NCBI GenBank assembly: GCA_020634755.1
Contig: JACKBC010000035.1
Span: 5,146 to 69,145 of the forward strand
DNA length: 64,000 nt
From: Caldilineaceae bacterium
Lineage (GTDB): Bacteria > Chloroflexota > Anaerolineae > Caldilineales > Caldilineaceae
Direction: 5' to 3'
Part shown: positions 33,790 to 43,869 of the stretch, in pieces
Layout of the letters: every line of letters starts with the position of its first letter
Numbering within the stretch: position 1 is the first letter of the stretch
The notes under the pieces: model-generated
Seen by the model: the letters and a program-made list of their open reading frames with translations, nothing else
Told to the model about the DNA's origin: nothing
Database searches by the model: none
Position numbers and translations under genes: made by a program

Positions 33790-35163
33790 ATGACGGAATC
33801 AAAGTCAAATGTTGTGGCAACTGCCGTCATCGGCACGGGCCATTTTGCCACCGCCGTGGTGACACAAGCGGAATCGATTGCGCAATTGAACGTGCCGGTC
33901 GTGGTGGATATTGATGTGGAGGCCGCCCAGCTTGCCTTTGCGCGTGCGGGTGTGGATGCGGCCGAAATGGTGATCTGCGAAAGTCGGGCCGCGGCGCTTG
34001 CGGCCATGGCGCAGCAGAAGCGCGTCATTTTGCCCGCCGCCGACTTGTTGATGGATTTGCCCGTAGATGTGGTGGTTGAATCGACCGGGGCGCCGGAAGC
34101 GGGGGCGCGCCATGCCTTGGCGGCCATTGCGCATGGCAAACATGTGGTCATGGTGAGCAAAGAGACTGACGCCGTGGTGGGGCCCATCCTGGCGCAGCGG
34201 GCGCGTGCGGCAGGCGTTGTGTATACACCGACCGCTGGCGACCAGCACGGGTTGCTGATTGAACTGGTAGAGTGGGCGCGCCGATTGGGCTTAGACGTGC
34301 TGTGTGGCGGCAAGGCGCGCGATGCAGAGTTCGTGTATGATGGCGACGCGCGCACGGTTGTTTGCGGGCGTCAGGCGATTGCGTTGACGGCGGACGACTG
34401 GCGATGGCTGCAACCGATTCCACCGGACAGCGCCGCTGAGTTTGTGGCGGGGCGGCAGGCGGCGCTGGTCGCGCTCCCGCAGGTGGGCGGCTTTGACCTG
34501 GTGGAAATGGCCATTGCGGCCAATTATGCCGATCTATGGCCGGACGTGGCGGCCACCCACACCCCGGCGCTGCACATTGCCGAACTGCCCGAAGTTTTTT
34601 GCCCGGTGGAAATGGGTGGCATTCTGCATCGGCGCGGCGTCATCGAATGCGTGACTTGCTTGCGCCAGCCCCATGAGGCCGGATTAGGCGGCGGTGTTTT
34701 CGTTGTGGTGGCCTGCACCAACGACTATTCGCGTCACATTTTGCACACCAAGGGGCTGATTGCCAACAGCCGCGGCAGTGCCGCCGTTATCTATCGGCCG
34801 TATCACCTATGCGGGGTGGAAACGCCCACAACCATTCTGCGCGCCGGGCAGTTGGGCCTGGGCAGCAGCATAACCCTGCCCGCGCCGCGCGTGGATGTGG
34901 TGGCGGAAATGCGCCGCGACATCCGCATGCATGAACGGGTCGGGAATGACCACAGCCCCGATTTGCTGGCGTTGATGCAGCCGGCTGCGCCGGTGGGCCA
35001 GGCCAATCCGCTGCCCTTGCACATGGCGAATGGAAACCTGTTGCGCAGCGATGTGGATGCTGGTTCTCTGCTGCTGACCCAGCACGTAGCCGAGCCGGAC
35101 GGCTCAACGCTATGGCCACTGCGGCGAGCACAGGATGCGCACTTTGGGCTGACCATGGACTAA
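33790..35163 (+). CDS. NAD(P)-binding oxidoreductase with C-terminal SAF-like domain (COG4091-type 'predicted homoserine dehydrogenase')
   Basis: N-terminal VIGTGHFA Rossmann motif, and an ESTG..EAGARHA...GKHVVMVSKE segment. Family assignment is from memory of COG4091. TTG 33775 or ATG 33790 could be the start. Confidence 0.5.
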   Translation: MTESKSNVVATAVIGTGHFATAVVTQAESIAQLNVPVVVDIDVEAAQLAFARAGVDAAEMVICESRAAALAAMAQQKRVILPAADLLMDLPVDVVVESTGAPEAGARHALAAIAHGKHVVMVSKETDAVVGPILAQRARAAGVVYTPTAGDQHGLLIELVEWARRLGLDVLCGGKARDAEFVYDGDARTVVCGRQAIALTADDWRWLQPIPPDSAAEFVAGRQAALVALPQVGGFDLVEMAIAANYADLWPDVAATHTPALHIAELPEVFCPVEMGGILHRRGVIECVTCLRQPHEAGLGGGVFVVVACTNDYSRHILHTKGLIANSRGSAAVIYRPYHLCGVETPTTILRAGQLGLGSSITLPAPRVDVVAEMRRDIRMHERVGNDHSPDLLALMQPAAPVGQANPLPLHMANGNLLRSDVDAGSLLLTQHVAEPDGSTLWPLRRAQDAHFGLTMD

Positions 35164-35383
35164 CGCGTCGCCAGCCCAATACCGCTACTTGGCGCAAAAT
35201 CGCTATTTGGCGCAGACGTGGTGAGCGCTATGCCAATAGTGAGTCTAAAGCGCGCCCCACAGGGGCAAAATAGCCGCTTATTATGCGCTCATAAGCATTT
35301 GCAGATTATCCCCCTAACCCAAAGCGCGTTACAATTGGTGGATACACAATTCCCTTGATCTCCATGAAAGTGAAATAAACCCG

Positions 35384-36688
35384 ATGGCTCAAAAGTCTCC
35401 CCAATCTTCTGCTGCCCAAAAACACGATCCATACGCCGCATTCCGCATTCCCAATTATCGCTTATATGTCCTGGGCTGGTTTATTGCCATGTTGGGCACG
35501 CGCATTCAAAGCATTGCCATTGGCTGGGACATGTATCAGCGCACCGGCGAGGCCCTTTCACTGGGCCTGGTGGGCCTGGCGCAAGCGCTGCCTACCATGC
35601 TGCTGGCGCTGCCTGCCGGCTATTTGGCCGACCGCTTTGACCGACCGCGTTTGGTCATGATTAGCTTGGTCGCCATGACTTGTACTTCTTTGGGGCTGGC
35701 CGCCCTATCGTATGCGGGCGGCTCGAATTTCTGGATGTACGTGCTGCTGGCACTGGATGCCTCCGCCGTGATGATTGGCCGCCCGGCGCGCGTGGCGCTG
35801 TTGCCCCAACTCGTGCCCAAAGAGGTGTTCCCCAATGCTGTGACTTGGAATACCAGCATGATGCAGATTAGCGGTGTGTTGGGGCCGGCATTGGGCGGCA
35901 TTGTCATTGTCTACAGCGTACCGATGGCCTATGTGATTACGGCGTCCACTTCGCTCTGGTTTGCGCTCAATCTGTGGCGGTTTGACTTTCAACCCGACGA
36001 GCGCAAAAGCGACACCGTATCCTTCCAGACGCTGGTGGCGGGCATCAAATTTGTGCGTGATGCCAAGCTGATCTTGACCATGATCACGCTGGATCTCTTT
36101 GGCGTGCTGCTGGGCGGAGCGGTCTATTTGTTGCCGATTTACGCCAAAGACATTTTGCAAGTGGGCGAAATTGGCTTTAGCTGGCTGCGGGCGGCGCCTG
36201 CCGTGGGTGCGTTTGTCATGGCCATTCTCATGGTCTATCTGCCGCCCATGAAGAAGGCCGGGTGGGGGTTGCTGTGGGCGGTGGCCGGCTTTGGCGTGGC
36301 GACCATCATTTTTGGGGTTTCTACCAATTTCTGGCTCTCCTTTGCCATGCTTTTCTTCACCGGCGCCTTTGATAATGTGAGCATGGTGGTGCGCCAGACC
36401 ATGCAGCAGTTGCTTACGCCCGACGAGATGCGCGGCCGCGTCTCCGCCGTGACCAGTGTCTTTGTCGGCGCTTCGAATGAATTAGGCGGCCTTGAATCGG
36501 GCGTTGTGGCCCAATATTTTGGCCCAGTTCTGTCGGTGGTCAGCGGCGGCATTGGTACGCTCGTTGTGGTGGCGGTCACGGCCTGGCTTTCACCTGGCTT
36601 GCGGGCCCTGGGCCGCATGGAAGATGCGCAACCGGTGGCCGTGAGCGCGGCTGGTGCGAAGCCTGCGGCGGCGCCGACCGGTGATTAA
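35384..36688 (+). CDS. MFS transporter (EntS/MFS_3-like)
   Basis: 434 aa. 12 predicted helices. GYLADRFDRPR loop 2-3 motif. Confidence 0.85.
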   Translation: MAQKSPQSSAAQKHDPYAAFRIPNYRLYVLGWFIAMLGTRIQSIAIGWDMYQRTGEALSLGLVGLAQALPTMLLALPAGYLADRFDRPRLVMISLVAMTCTSLGLAALSYAGGSNFWMYVLLALDASAVMIGRPARVALLPQLVPKEVFPNAVTWNTSMMQISGVLGPALGGIVIVYSVPMAYVITASTSLWFALNLWRFDFQPDERKSDTVSFQTLVAGIKFVRDAKLILTMITLDLFGVLLGGAVYLLPIYAKDILQVGEIGFSWLRAAPAVGAFVMAILMVYLPPMKKAGWGLLWAVAGFGVATIIFGVSTNFWLSFAMLFFTGAFDNVSMVVRQTMQQLLTPDEMRGRVSAVTSVFVGASNELGGLESGVVAQYFGPVLSVVSGGIGTLVVVAVTAWLSPGLRALGRMEDAQPVAVSAAGAKPAAAPTGD

Positions 36689-36699
36689 GTGTGTAGTGA

Positions 36700-36759
36700 T
36701 TGGTAATTGGTGGCTGGTAGTTGGCGATCAGTCACCAATTGCCAGCCACCAATTACCAA
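36700..36759. repeat. Perfect 18-bp-stem hairpin of the TNNNTGG heptamer-word family
   Basis: ttggtaattggtggctgg (36700-36717) and ccagccaccaattaccaa (36742-36759) are exact reverse complements. Ends 10 nt before the AAGGAGGA RBS of the next gene. Confidence 0.9.
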
Positions 36760-36780
36760 CAACATCCAAAGGAGGAAACT

Positions 36781-37965
36781 ATGCAAATTGACGCAGTTCG
36801 CATCTTGAAAATGAGTGGCGCCATGCAGCATGATGGCCAGTTCTGGGAGGAGCGGCTGGTGCGCCCGGTGGATATTTACCCCGAACATAAGGTGGAAGTG
36901 CAGCGCATCGACAAGGCTGATTCCAATGCGAGCCACATTACGGCCTGGTTTGTGCGTATTGAAACCGATGCAGGCGTCTATGGCATCGGCGGCCCATTTT
37001 CGGAAGATCAGGCGTATATCATCGGCAAACAGCTGGCGCCGCTGCTCATCGGTCACGACGCGTTGGCCACTGAGCGCATTTGGGATCGCATGTATCGTTT
37101 TATGGTTCACGGGCGCAAGGGTGTGGTCATGCAGGCCATTAGCTCGGTGGACTGTGCGCTGTGGGATTTAAAAGGCAAGGCGCTCAATGCGCCGGTCTGT
37201 CAGCTTTTGGGTGGCCCCATCCGTACGGAAATACCGGCCTACGCCAGCATGTTTGGCCATTCGCTGGACCCGGAACTGGTGCAGGAGCGCGTGCAGCAGC
37301 TTGTGGAGCAGGGCTATCGCGCCACCAAATGGTTCTTCCGCGACGGCCCCACCGATGGCAAAGCGGGCATCGAGCGCAACATGCGGCTGGTGCGCACCCT
37401 GCGCGAGTCGGCCGGTCCCGATGTGGATATTATGCTCGACTGCTGGATGAGCTGGGACGTGCCTTACACCATTCAAATGGCGGCGCGCATGGAAGAGTTT
37501 GCCCCGCGCTGGATCGAAGAGCCGGTGCTGCCGGACAAAATCGAACAGTACGCCGAAATCCGGCGCAACGTACGCATTCCCATCTCCGGCGGTGAGCACG
37601 AGTATACGCGCTGGGGGCTCAAGGCGCTTATGGATGCCGGCGCCTGTGACGTCTATCAGCCCGATATTTACTGGGCCGGCGGCATCTCCGAAATGCAGAA
37701 GATCATTGCGCTGGCCTCCGCCTATGACGTGCCGGTGATCCCCCACGGCCATTCGACGCCCGCTTCGGCCCACGTCATTGCGGCCTGGCCAGAGACCACC
37801 TGTCCACTGCTCGAGTATCTGCTCAAGTGGAACGAGATTCACCAGCACTTCCTCAAAACGCCGCTCAAGCCCATCAACGGTGTGGTGACCGTGCCAACCA
37901 CGCCTGGTCTGGGCATGGAGTTGGATGAGGACAAGATGGAAAGCCATGAAGAAGTAACGTTTTAA
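36781..37965 (+). CDS. Enolase-superfamily acid-sugar dehydratase (L-rhamnonate dehydratase-like subgroup)
   Basis: ATG 36781 is preceded by AAGGAGGA. DCWMSWDV...WIEEP...SGGEHEYT...QPDIYWAGGISE...PHGHS resembles RhmD as I recall it. Confidence 0.75.
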   Translation: MQIDAVRILKMSGAMQHDGQFWEERLVRPVDIYPEHKVEVQRIDKADSNASHITAWFVRIETDAGVYGIGGPFSEDQAYIIGKQLAPLLIGHDALATERIWDRMYRFMVHGRKGVVMQAISSVDCALWDLKGKALNAPVCQLLGGPIRTEIPAYASMFGHSLDPELVQERVQQLVEQGYRATKWFFRDGPTDGKAGIERNMRLVRTLRESAGPDVDIMLDCWMSWDVPYTIQMAARMEEFAPRWIEEPVLPDKIEQYAEIRRNVRIPISGGEHEYTRWGLKALMDAGACDVYQPDIYWAGGISEMQKIIALASAYDVPVIPHGHSTPASAHVIAAWPETTCPLLEYLLKWNEIHQHFLKTPLKPINGVVTVPTTPGLGMELDEDKMESHEEVTF

Positions 37966-38207
37966 AGACTGGCGCTAAGGGGAATGGCGATAGTTGATTC
38001 CTCATCCCCTTAGCGTCATCCGCCAATCTCAATCCCTGGTCGCCACCATTCCTCAAACCACGCCCCGCAATCATGCTATTGCCCCAGACAATTACGAGAT
38101 TTGACTGAAGTCGCCTGCTTGATTTCCTGATAAAGTCGGTAGATGAATCATACCCATTCGTCTGACCCGGCTATTTGGTTCTGCTTTGACAAATCAGGAG
38201 ATCTCCT

Positions 38208-41200
38208 ATGTACAAATTACCAGGGAAGCTTATACGCTTTAAGCTATCAATAGCGATTCCCCTTGCAATCCTATTGATGCACACCTTTGCCACGGCCGTC
38301 TTTGCCCACCATGCCGAAATTGAAGCGGTGAGCACCTGTCTAGCCACCGGCGACTATCGGGTGGACTATGTGGTCCGCTCATGGACCGGCTCCGGCAGCG
38401 CCGGGTTGCACAACAATGTAACCGTGCAATACATCCTCGACAATGGCCAAACCTTCAACTTACCTACGGGCGCCTTTACCGACGCCAATCAGCGTCAATT
38501 TAGCGGCTCCTTTGTAGTGGATGGCACGATTGCCGGCGGCTGGATCAAGGCGGACCCCGTGGGGCCCTGGGGGTCGGGCGTCAACTACGACAGCAGCGAT
38601 CCCAATGGGGATGCGCGTTCGACGCGCTTTGTGGGCGCCTCGCATTGCAAAAGCGATGACTTTGGCGATGCGCCGGAATCCTACGGCGATGCATATCATG
38701 AAATTGCTTCCAACATGACCATTGGTGAAATTGTGGATGCGGAAGGCGGCAGCCAATATTCGCCAGGCGCCGATGGGGATGATCTGAATGCGCAAGATGG
38801 CGAAGCGGATGATGAAGATGGCGTCGTTTTTGTCAATGGCGTTGGCGCGCCGGGCAGCACCAATAATCAGCTGCAAGTTTCTGTATTTAATAATAAGCTG
38901 ACCCGCGTTAACCACACCGTTGGTGATAAGTTTGGTGAGGTTTCTTACAGCAAGAACAACGGGACCAACACTTGGCTGGGAGATTGGCGCGAGTCCGAAG
39001 ATCCCAATGGAAACGCCGGTGGCGGACGTATCCACATTGACAATGGCAAGCTCTATTTGAATGATAGCCCCGATACCGGCCAAACGCCCGAAATTCAGCG
39101 CTGCGTAGACCTCTCCAATAGCTGGTCGGCCACGCTCACCTTCGATTACAGCACACCCGATACGCTGGAAACTGAAGATCGAGTCGCCGTGAGCGTGTGG
39201 ACATCGTACACAGGTTGGAAGACATTGTGGACCTTTAGCGGTCGCGAAAATGGCCAGTTTGATGCGGACATTAGCAACTACATTTCTAACAACACCTGTA
39301 TTAAATTTGAGGTGACCCAAGGCTTTGGCGCATCCAATGAATATTTTGCCGTGGATAATGTGCAGATCAAATATAGCCAACTTGAGAACACGGGCGCCAA
39401 AGTTTATCTCTCCGGCTGGATCGATTTCAACGGCAATGGCGTTTTTGACAGCACCGAAAAGGTGATCAACGACCTGGAAATTAACAATAGCGCCCAACTG
39501 CAAAACGTAACGTTGCCCTACTATGTGCCAATCGATGCCGTCAGCGGGCAGACCTATGCACGCTTCCGGTTAAGTTGTGAAATGGGCACACAGCCCACCG
39601 GTGCTGCGGGCGCAGATGTGGGTGAAGTGGAAGATTATGTGGTGACCATTCCCCAGGCCCCAACACCCACGCCCACCAATACGCCTGTGCCGCCAACGCC
39701 GACAGCCACCTCAACAATGGCGCCGCCCACCAATACGCCAACGTCAACAACGGCGCCACCAACAGCAACGCTTACCAATACGCCGGTAATACCTACGGCC
39801 ACCCAAACGCCAGCCGAGCCCACCCTTACCGCAACGCCGCCTTCTGGGGCCACGCCCACCAACACGACGAGTCCGTTGGCCTCATTGGGCGACCGCATCT
39901 GGAAAGACTTGAATCGCAATGGTATTCAAGATGCCGATGAGCATGGCGTTCCCGATGTGCAGGTCAAGCTGTGGACCGATGATGACAACAACGGCACGCC
40001 CGATACGCAGATTGCTGAGACGTTGACTGACCAAAACGGTCTCTATCTGTTTGACAACCTCGATCCATCCATGACCTACATTGTGCAATTTGTGGCGCCT
40101 GATGACTGCGATGTGACTACGCCCAATCAAGGCTCTGATGACGCCGATAGCGATATGAACCCGGCCACCGGCTTGACGCCGCCCGTTAAATTGATGTCGG
40201 GCGAGCACAACGATACGATTGATGCCGGTCTAACGCCCGTCCGCGCGACCGCGTCCATTGGCAACTATGTATGGCTGGATGTCAATAAAGACGGCAAGCA
40301 GGATAGCAATGAAACGGGCATTCAGGATGTTACCGTTACCCTGTATGATAATAATGGTCAAGTAGTCGGCACACAGAAAACGGCTGCCAATGGTCAATAT
40401 CTGTTCATTGACTTGACGCCCGGCAGCTACTCGCTCTGTTTTGCCGTGCCCGCTGCTGAATACACCATGAGTCCACAAGATAACACGGACAACGATCTGG
40501 ATGACAGCGATGTTAATCCCGATACAGGTTGTACGATAGTGACGGAACTGGTAGCTGGTGAAAACGATTTGAGCTGGGATGCCGGCATCTACGGTATTCC
40601 CAATCTTGCTGTGGACAAAACGCCCAATACACAGTTGGCGCAGCCTGGCAGCGTGATTGTCTATGCCATTAGCTACAGCAATAATGGTCAAGCAGATGCC
40701 ACCGACGTGGTGATTCATGAAACCGTGCCCGCCAATACCGTCTTTTTGCCGGAGAATAGCTCGGCGGGGTGGGTTTGCGAAAATGGTGCAGTGACTGCCG
40801 GTACAAAATGTACCTACGCCGTTGGAGATTTACCGGCGGGCAGCGCGTCAACTGGTCAGCTGAGCTTTGTGGTGCTCATTGATTCGTTCCTGTCAACCGA
40901 AATTACATCGGTCGATAACGTTATTCTGATTTCGGGCGGTGGCGGTATTCAGGGCCAGGCGCCAAAGGAGGTGAAAGTTCCTTTGAGCAAACCAACCTCT
41001 ATTGACGACAATGGCGAACCGCTCAACAACCGCATCTTTATTCCGTTCATCCAAACGCGCAGCGGCTTTAAGACACCACCCAGTGCAATCCTCACGCTGG
41101 ATCAGCGCATGTTGAATTTAGGCTGTGCCCTGGTTGAAGCACTTGCTGTGGCTCAACCCGCGCTGACAAATCACAACATGGTGCAACAGTTCAGTCAGCT

Positions 41201-41213
41201 GTGCCCTGAATAG
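38208..41213 (+). CDS. Secreted multidomain surface protein: GEVED domain (with insertion), Pro/Thr linker, two SdrD-B-like repeats, DUF11 repeat
   Basis: Signal-like N-terminus. DFGDAPESYGDAYH...GEVEDYVVTI. PTPTPTNTPVPPTPTATST linker. GDRIWKDLNRNGIQDADE and GNYVWLDVNKDGKQDSNE B-repeat starts. LAVDKTPN...YAISYSNNGQADATDVVI (DUF11). Confidence 0.8.
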   Translation: MYKLPGKLIRFKLSIAIPLAILLMHTFATAVFAHHAEIEAVSTCLATGDYRVDYVVRSWTGSGSAGLHNNVTVQYILDNGQTFNLPTGAFTDANQRQFSGSFVVDGTIAGGWIKADPVGPWGSGVNYDSSDPNGDARSTRFVGASHCKSDDFGDAPESYGDAYHEIASNMTIGEIVDAEGGSQYSPGADGDDLNAQDGEADDEDGVVFVNGVGAPGSTNNQLQVSVFNNKLTRVNHTVGDKFGEVSYSKNNGTNTWLGDWRESEDPNGNAGGGRIHIDNGKLYLNDSPDTGQTPEIQRCVDLSNSWSATLTFDYSTPDTLETEDRVAVSVWTSYTGWKTLWTFSGRENGQFDADISNYISNNTCIKFEVTQGFGASNEYFAVDNVQIKYSQLENTGAKVYLSGWIDFNGNGVFDSTEKVINDLEINNSAQLQNVTLPYYVPIDAVSGQTYARFRLSCEMGTQPTGAAGADVGEVEDYVVTIPQAPTPTPTNTPVPPTPTATSTMAPPTNTPTSTTAPPTATLTNTPVIPTATQTPAEPTLTATPPSGATPTNTTSPLASLGDRIWKDLNRNGIQDADEHGVPDVQVKLWTDDDNNGTPDTQIAETLTDQNGLYLFDNLDPSMTYIVQFVAPDDCDVTTPNQGSDDADSDMNPATGLTPPVKLMSGEHNDTIDAGLTPVRATASIGNYVWLDVNKDGKQDSNETGIQDVTVTLYDNNGQVVGTQKTAANGQYLFIDLTPGSYSLCFAVPAAEYTMSPQDNTDNDLDDSDVNPDTGCTIVTELVAGENDLSWDAGIYGIPNLAVDKTPNTQLAQPGSVIVYAISYSNNGQADATDVVIHETVPANTVFLPENSSAGWVCENGAVTAGTKCTYAVGDLPAGSASTGQLSFVVLIDSFLSTEITSVDNVILISGGGGIQGQAPKEVKVPLSKPTSIDDNGEPLNNRIFIPFIQTRSGFKTPPSAILTLDQRMLNLGCALVEALAVAQPALTNHNMVQQFSQLCPE

Positions 41214-41265
41214 TCAGCCTAATATTCAAACCGTCTGTCACAATTCCAAATTTCTAAACTCTGTA

Positions 41266-41310
41266 CAAGAGCCCTGGCCGGTATTTACTGGCTGGGGCTC
41301 TTGCTTTTGT
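41266..41310 (+). terminator. Rho-independent terminator
   Basis: caagagccctggcc-(loop)-ggctggggctcttg followed by cttttgt, about 50 nt after the stop of the surface-protein gene. Confidence 0.65.
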
Positions 41311-41513
41311 ATGTACCTTTCATTTATCCAGTGTAGATATTACCTGTTTCTGTCATAAAACGTAGATGTTATCAGCGTTTTGAAAGAGTCGTGCTGGTCG
41401 TTTGTAAGGCTTTTGAACCGGTTTTTCTGCTACATTAGACATACAAATTCTTGCCTAGAATTGCGGAGAGCAGAGAATTTGTCAACTATATGTCTAATCC
41501 AAGGCGCTAGACC

Positions 41514-42437
41514 ATGTCCCGACCTGCATTCCGTTCCGTTGCCCAGACAGAACATACGCTAATTTCAAGCCAACCACGTGATATTAACCGGAAATGGTTG
41601 CTCCGTGCTTGTGCATCTGCCTGCCGTCACCCGTTGCTGCGCATGTTGCTGGTTGCAGCTGTCCTATCTGTGATGCTGCTGAACAGCGCACAAACTGCCT
41701 CTGCCGTAGTCGGCGGTACAGTGGCAACCCTCAGCGCGCATAACTGGGTGGTGGGTGTGGCCAGGGCTGATGTAGCAGACGGTTATTATGCCCAGTTTTG
41801 CGGCGGCGCCCTCCTGGCGCCCAATTTGGTCATCACTGCCGCCCACTGCACCTTCGATGAAGCAAATCAGCCATATGAAGCCAGCGATCTCCACGTTTTG
41901 GTCAACCGGCTCCGCTTGAGTAGCCAAGAAGGCCAGCGTATCCAGGTAACGCGCATTGTACGCCACGCTGGTTTTGATATAGATGGACTCAACGATGATA
42001 TTGCGCTGCTGGAATTGGCGTATGATGCTAATGCGCCAATGATCAACTGGGGCGATTTGAATGACATTGCCGCGGAGAGAGCAACTGTTTTCGGCTGGGG
42101 CGTTACCGAAGATGGTTCGGCCGTAGATTGGCTGCATCAGGCTGAACTGCCCATCGTGAGCCAACGGGCTTGCAATATCATTTATAAATCGTATGGGTTG
42201 GCGATTACCGACAACATGCTCTGCGCCGGCAACATTTTGGGCGGCGTAGATGCCTGTACTGGGGATAGCGGCGGTCCGCTGGTGGTCTACGACAGCGAAC
42301 GCGCCGAATGGGTCTTGGTGGGCATTGTCAGTTGGGGCGCCGGCTGCGGTGCTAGCGGCGCGTATGGCGTCTATACCAATGTGTCCGCATACGCCGGTTG
42401 GGTTGTGGAGCAACGAGGATCCCTCAATTTGGAATGA
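41514..42437 (+). CDS. Trypsin-like serine protease (S1 family), secreted
   Basis: VVGGT mature N-terminus. Catalytic triad contexts TAAHC, NDIALLEL and GDSGGPL. Confidence 0.85.
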   Translation: MSRPAFRSVAQTEHTLISSQPRDINRKWLLRACASACRHPLLRMLLVAAVLSVMLLNSAQTASAVVGGTVATLSAHNWVVGVARADVADGYYAQFCGGALLAPNLVITAAHCTFDEANQPYEASDLHVLVNRLRLSSQEGQRIQVTRIVRHAGFDIDGLNDDIALLELAYDANAPMINWGDLNDIAAERATVFGWGVTEDGSAVDWLHQAELPIVSQRACNIIYKSYGLAITDNMLCAGNILGGVDACTGDSGGPLVVYDSERAEWVLVGIVSWGAGCGASGAYGVYTNVSAYAGWVVEQRGSLNLE

Positions 42438-43866
42438 TTGTTGCTTCCCCTCGCTTGCGCTGTAAACGGGCCAGCCGATGCTCCAATTCGGCAATTGTGC
42501 GCGGCGAACGTTCCCAAGCAGGGGCCTTGCGTAGGTTGTGTAACGCCCAGCCCGTCCACATTTCAGCCTGCTCTAAGTCGGCGCATTGCCATTCGCAATA
42601 TTTGGCCAATTCTACATAGGGCGTGGGATCCACATCGGTAACTGAACCCAGCCAAAGCTGCCAGATCTCGGCGGCTTCGCTCCAGCGTTCTTGTCGCTTG
42701 AGCAATTGGCCCAAGCGCTTAAAGCCCTCAAGACGTCCGGCCTTTTCATCCCCCCGTTCGCCCAGCATGTCCAACGCCTGGCGGAAGGCGCGTTCCGCTT
42801 CTTCTATGGCTCCCGCCGCTTCATGGCTGCACCCCAGGGCCAGCCATTCAAGCCCATGTAGATCATTTGTGGATTGGGACCGAGGGCGTTGTGCGTCTCC
42901 AAAGGCGGCGCACAGCTGCTCGGCCAATGAGACCATAGAGACAATATCTTCTCGATTGTGGTAGAAAATGCCCGGCATCATGGCGGCATCACCGCTGCGC
43001 ACGTATTCGGTATAGTAGCTGGGAATCAAGTGGCTGGGCACATCCTGCTCGCTGCGCTCCAAGCCCAGAATGGCCTGCTCCAAATAGCTCAAGCGGCAGC
43101 TGGGCAGTCGCCGTCGCCATAAGCGTCGCGCCGGATGCAGCAGATCCAAATGCGGCGCGGATTCTGCCAGTAAGGCGGGCTTCAAGTATGGGGTGGGAAG
43201 GAAACGCTGGTTCTGCAAATAGCGGGTGCGCAACAGCGGCAGATCAAAGGTGCGCCCGTTGAATGTGACCGTCATGGCTGAAAGCTGTAGCCGCTCGGCC
43301 AGCGCCACTAACAGCGCACTCTCCTCCCCGGGATTGCGCATAAAAAGCTGGCGCACCACAAAATGGGTGGGTTCGTTTTGCGCGCCCGCCAATTCTCCAT
43401 GTCGTTCGAATTGACCAACGCCCACCATAAAACAGTATACGCCAGCGCCGCCGCCCAGCCCGGTGGTTTCAGTGTCAATAAAGGCCGCGTTGTGAAATTG
43501 CGCCATGTCTTGCAGATTATATTGCGGGTGAAAGCGGTGAAATAGCGATGGCGTGTGTGTCAGCAGCGTGGAGAGTGGACCTGGGCCGCGGACGTCATCC
43601 AGCGGATAGCTTTGCATCACCTCATAGCAGATGCCACCGCTATTTTCGATGACGCGGCCAGCGGTCAGTGCTTCAATGGGGCCGGCGATAGCTGTATTGG
43701 CGTGGAGAGGTGGCTCTTGGTGTGAGGACGTTGTGCTGCGCGTAAAGCTTGCAGATACGGCAGGTGATTCGGCCTCACCTGCCGTCGACGTGCGATCGGA
43801 TGCCGAACGTTTGCGCCGCGTGCCCAACCCATGCAGACGTGACAGACGTTCTTGTGCAGAGGACAT
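42424..43866 (-). CDS. RNase H-like (YprB / COG3359-type predicted 3'-5' exonuclease) domain protein with C-terminal TPR-like repeats
   Basis: FIDTETTGL...TFNG..FDLPLL...HNREDI exonuclease motifs, followed by helical repeat segments. The 3' end overlaps the convergent protease gene by 14 nt. Confidence 0.7.
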   Translation of the reverse strand: MSSAQERLSRLHGLGTRRKRSASDRTSTAGEAESPAVSASFTRSTTSSHQEPPLHANTAIAGPIEALTAGRVIENSGGICYEVMQSYPLDDVRGPGPLSTLLTHTPSLFHRFHPQYNLQDMAQFHNAAFIDTETTGLGGGAGVYCFMVGVGQFERHGELAGAQNEPTHFVVRQLFMRNPGEESALLVALAERLQLSAMTVTFNGRTFDLPLLRTRYLQNQRFLPTPYLKPALLAESAPHLDLLHPARRLWRRRLPSCRLSYLEQAILGLERSEQDVPSHLIPSYYTEYVRSGDAAMMPGIFYHNREDIVSMVSLAEQLCAAFGDAQRPRSQSTNDLHGLEWLALGCSHEAAGAIEEAERAFRQALDMLGERGDEKAGRLEGFKRLGQLLKRQERWSEAAEIWQLWLGSVTDVDPTPYVELAKYCEWQCADLEQAEMWTGWALHNLRKAPAWERSPRTIAELEHRLARLQRKRGEATIIPN

Positions 43867-43869
43867 GGC

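Noticed and set aside
33318-34355. Long antisense ORFs in the track: 33318..34355, 31228..32268, 46854..47993, 45967..46857, 38460..39503, 41664..42494, 37168..37947, 13964..14704, 10337..11041 and others.
   Set aside because: Each lies opposite a CDS with clear family motifs. Their translations are Arg/Ala/Pro/Gly-rich low-complexity sequence typical of shadow frames in GC-rich DNA.
32344-35383. RiPP precursor peptide or core biosynthetic enzyme next to the PIMT-like gene.
   Set aside because: The spacers 32344-32419, 33704-33789 and 35164-35383 contain no convincing small ORF with an RBS. No cyclase, ATP-grasp or lanthionine synthetase motif is present in neighbouring CDS.
42424-42437. The 14-nt convergent overlap of the protease and RNase H-like genes as an antisense regulatory device.
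   Set aside because: Short 3'-3' overlaps are common in compact genomes, and nothing else supports regulation.
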